From: Anaeramoeba ignava BMAN
Lineage: Eukaryota > Protista > Anaeramoebae
Direction of reading: 5' to 3'
DNA length: 64,000 nucleotides
Assembly: GCA_028826165.1 (NCBI GenBank)
Contig: JAPDFW010000147.1
Coordinates: forward strand, 186,001 to 250,000
Made by a program: the position numbers and the translations under genes. The notes under the pieces are model-generated. The model was not told where the DNA came from and did not search any database. It saw only the letters and a list, made by a program, of their open reading frames with translations. Shown one piece after another: positions 61,501 through 64,000 of the stretch (positions are counted from its first letter, which is position 1; every line of letters starts with the position of its first letter).

Positions 61501-63980
61501 TCAGAAAATCAGCATATAATTTAGTAACAGCATTATGTCGAAGTTTGAATTTCTCAATCAAATCCCAATTACTTGAAACAGAAGGTCTTTGTATTCCAAA
61601 ATCACATACTTCTCTTGTTGTTAATCTAAGTAAACAATTGGCTTTAACTGAAAAACATCTTACACTTGAATTTTTGGGAGAATGTTTGAAGCATTTTGAA
61701 AGTACAACAATTCATGGAAAACATTTATGTGTTGAATATATGGCTCCTTGGCTTCCTAATTTAAAGGAATATACTTACCATCAATCACCAAAAACAATTC
61801 ATTCAACAAAATATTTAAAGAATCAAGAAATGGAGAAAAGAAATGAGAGTAATTTAAGCACTCTAAAAATGGGAAATAATTATGAATCAAAAATATTGTT
61901 GAAAAAGAAACATGAAGAATACAAAGAAGCAACAAGAATCATTACAGAATTGATCAAAATGACAATTTATCAAAGAGAACTTTATCCTGCAATTCTTGTT
62001 CATACTTGGAAAGTAGTTGCAGGTGTTCATGATTTACTTGGAACAATTCTACTTGTTTTTATCAAACAATCACTTAAATATGGAGTAGATACAACAGAAT
62101 CTGAATTGATATCACAATTGGTAGTTACACTTGCATCACTTGATCCAAGATATATTTCAATGAAATTATGCGATCGAATATTGAGAAGAATTTCATCAGC
62201 ATCTCAATTTAAATCTGAAGATAAAAGAATCGAAAATTATCCAAAATGGGATGAAATTTTGGTTTTAACAAGATTTCTTCACTATCTTTCTTTCGAAAAT
62301 ATTCTAACACTGGAATACACACTTCCAAGTATTCTTCATATTTGTGTTTTGATGTCTCCAACGCATTCTTTGTTTATGCGTTCTGCATTACTTTCTTTGG
62401 TTATCAATTCAATTCATTCTTTGGTAACTAAAATGCCTCCTCCAGATGAGAAAAATCAGACAAATCTCCAAGCTTTATTAGCAGAAGTTACCGAAACAAG
62501 ATTTCGTGTTTTGTTTATGGGAAGTGGAAGTATTATCAAATCAGATAATTTATTGAAAAATATATCAACAAGAATTCTAAGAGGATCATTTATGAATTTA
62601 AAAACAAAAACAATTCCCAAAGTAGTAGAAAAAATATCACTTGAGAAATCAAATAGTCAAGATTCAATAACCCCAGATTCACCAACTAATCAACCATCAA
62701 TGAAAGATATAAATATAATGAAATCAATAGAAAAAAGCAAATCACCCAGATTTAGACTTGAAAGAATTCCAGTGAAAAGTACAGAATCAGTATCAAGATT
62801 ATTTTTGGAAATTATCAAATGCTATCAGCAAACAGATCTTGGGAAACGATGGCAAAAACAATGGTTAGATCTGACAAGAAAATCTGCATTTACACCCTCA
62901 ATTATACAATCACGATCAATGGCAACATTTGGATTACTTTCTGAAAGACCAATTCCACCAAAATTAGTTGGACAAATATTCATATTTATGAAACCACTTA
63001 TTATTAAGGAAAAAATGGTTGAATCAGAAGTTGATTTGTGTATTTCGCTTATTTTGTGTTTGACTCATTTGTATCCTTTATTGGATAAGGATTCTCCACT
63101 TAAAATTAGTTTGTTTTGGGTTGCAATTTCATTGATTCAACTTAGAGATTCAAATTTCTTTCAAGCAGGAATTGAAATGATTGATGTTATTTTAAGAGAT
63201 CTTGAAAAATTAGGAAAATTCGAATCAAATAGTATTGAAAATGTTTTCATGTCTTTCAGAAAACAAAACAAAGATGCAGATCGATTACTATCTAAAATGG
63301 AGAAAATAATTGGAATCAATTTCCAAATTGGATTTTCTTTTGCTTTATCAAGTATTTTATTGCCTGCAAGAAAAATGCCTTTTGTGAAAAGTTCTGTGAT
63401 TTCTTTATTTCGAACCATTGTTGATATTTCTTGCAAAACTGAATCAACAGGATTCCGTTCATCTTATATAACAGCACTAGCTTCATCATTACCAACTAAA
63501 GAAATTGCAGAATTTAAGTCTCATTTGGGGAATTATTTTGATTGGGAAGGAGAAATTGACCAACTTTTATTCAACCAAATTATTCAACACGATCCAATAT
63601 CATCAACTCTTCTTGTTTATTTAATTGCTTCAATTCTTGCTGAATCAGATTATGATTCAGACCAGTTGTTTTTGTTGGAAATTTTATCTCCTGCAGTTGA
63701 ATTGTTTCCTGATTCATTTTCTGCTTTTTATGATTTATTAACTTCCAAATTATTCCATATTATCAGTTATACTCAATCAAAATCTGTTCAAAATTTAGCT
63801 TTAAAATTAACTCATTATTTGATTTCTCGTGATTTGAAAAAGAAAAAAAATATTAATAATTCTGTTTTGCTTTATTTTTCTGGTTTGCATGGTTGTGTTT
63901 CTTTTGCAGAATTGGATTCAAACAAAAAACAATTATTAATTCGATTAGTTTGTCATTTGATGGATAAATCATTATTATAA
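55596..63980 (+). CDS. NF1: Neurofibromin paralogue B, ~2748 aa, 3 exons; RasGAP catalytic residues lost
   Basis: Exons 55596-55922, 55989-56771 and 56844-63980. Colinear with paralogue A (IWNWIN, EWYNYTGFLCSL, LKQGTEF, VPGSLLNIALINLG, KHLCVEYMAPWLPNL), but the arginine-finger position reads FFQTN and the FLR position reads FFNNFICP. Confidence 0.9.
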
Positions 63981-64000
63981 AATCAAAATAATATTTTTTT

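Noticed and set aside
1-64000. Inteins/Hint domains, transposases, reverse transcriptases, rRNA or tRNA genes
   Set aside because: I saw no C..HN[C/S/T] Hint-type insertion, DDE or RT motifs, or cloverleaf/rRNA-like GC-rich segments.
1-64000. Alternative genetic code (stop-codon reassignment)
   Set aside because: Long conserved ORFs read through under the standard code and end at TAA/TGA. The interruptions are explained by GT-AG introns or indels.

Overview
Extremely AT-rich, gene-dense eukaryotic nuclear DNA. It uses the standard genetic code, has GT-AG spliceosomal introns, and intergenic gaps are often under 100 bp or filled with simple repeats. The gene content and style resemble the anaerobic metamonad amoeba Anaeramoeba, but that is inference only. 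From left to right the window holds: a Cys-rich PSI-like surface protein; a BTB/Cullin3-adaptor-like cluster (BTB-BACK-TLDc, four RCC1-BTB-BTB copies, BTB-coiled-coil-TLDc, and later a ~26-repeat ankyrin-BTB-BTB); Cdh1/FZR; a bZIP factor; an 8-exon TAF2; a UBAC2/Dsc2-like rhomboid pseudoprotease; a ~10 kb Rho-family cluster; two full-length neurofibromin (NF1) paralogues; Rei1/ZNF622; a CCDC137-like gene; and a 3.2 kb gene-free block with a 28-bp-stem hairpin and a ~158 bp satellite showing dimeric higher-order structure. The best candidate for a new system is the Rho cluster. Every readable domain has a broken P-loop (GDGAVGKT becomes GDQESKKT or similar), an altered G4 and no CAAX, while switch I/II are largely kept. 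It includes a gene with four tandem Rho domains, and it lies near an NF1 pair in which one copy has lost the RasGAP arginine finger and FLR motif. Many small frameshifts look like long-read consensus errors, so gene integrity needs read-level checking.
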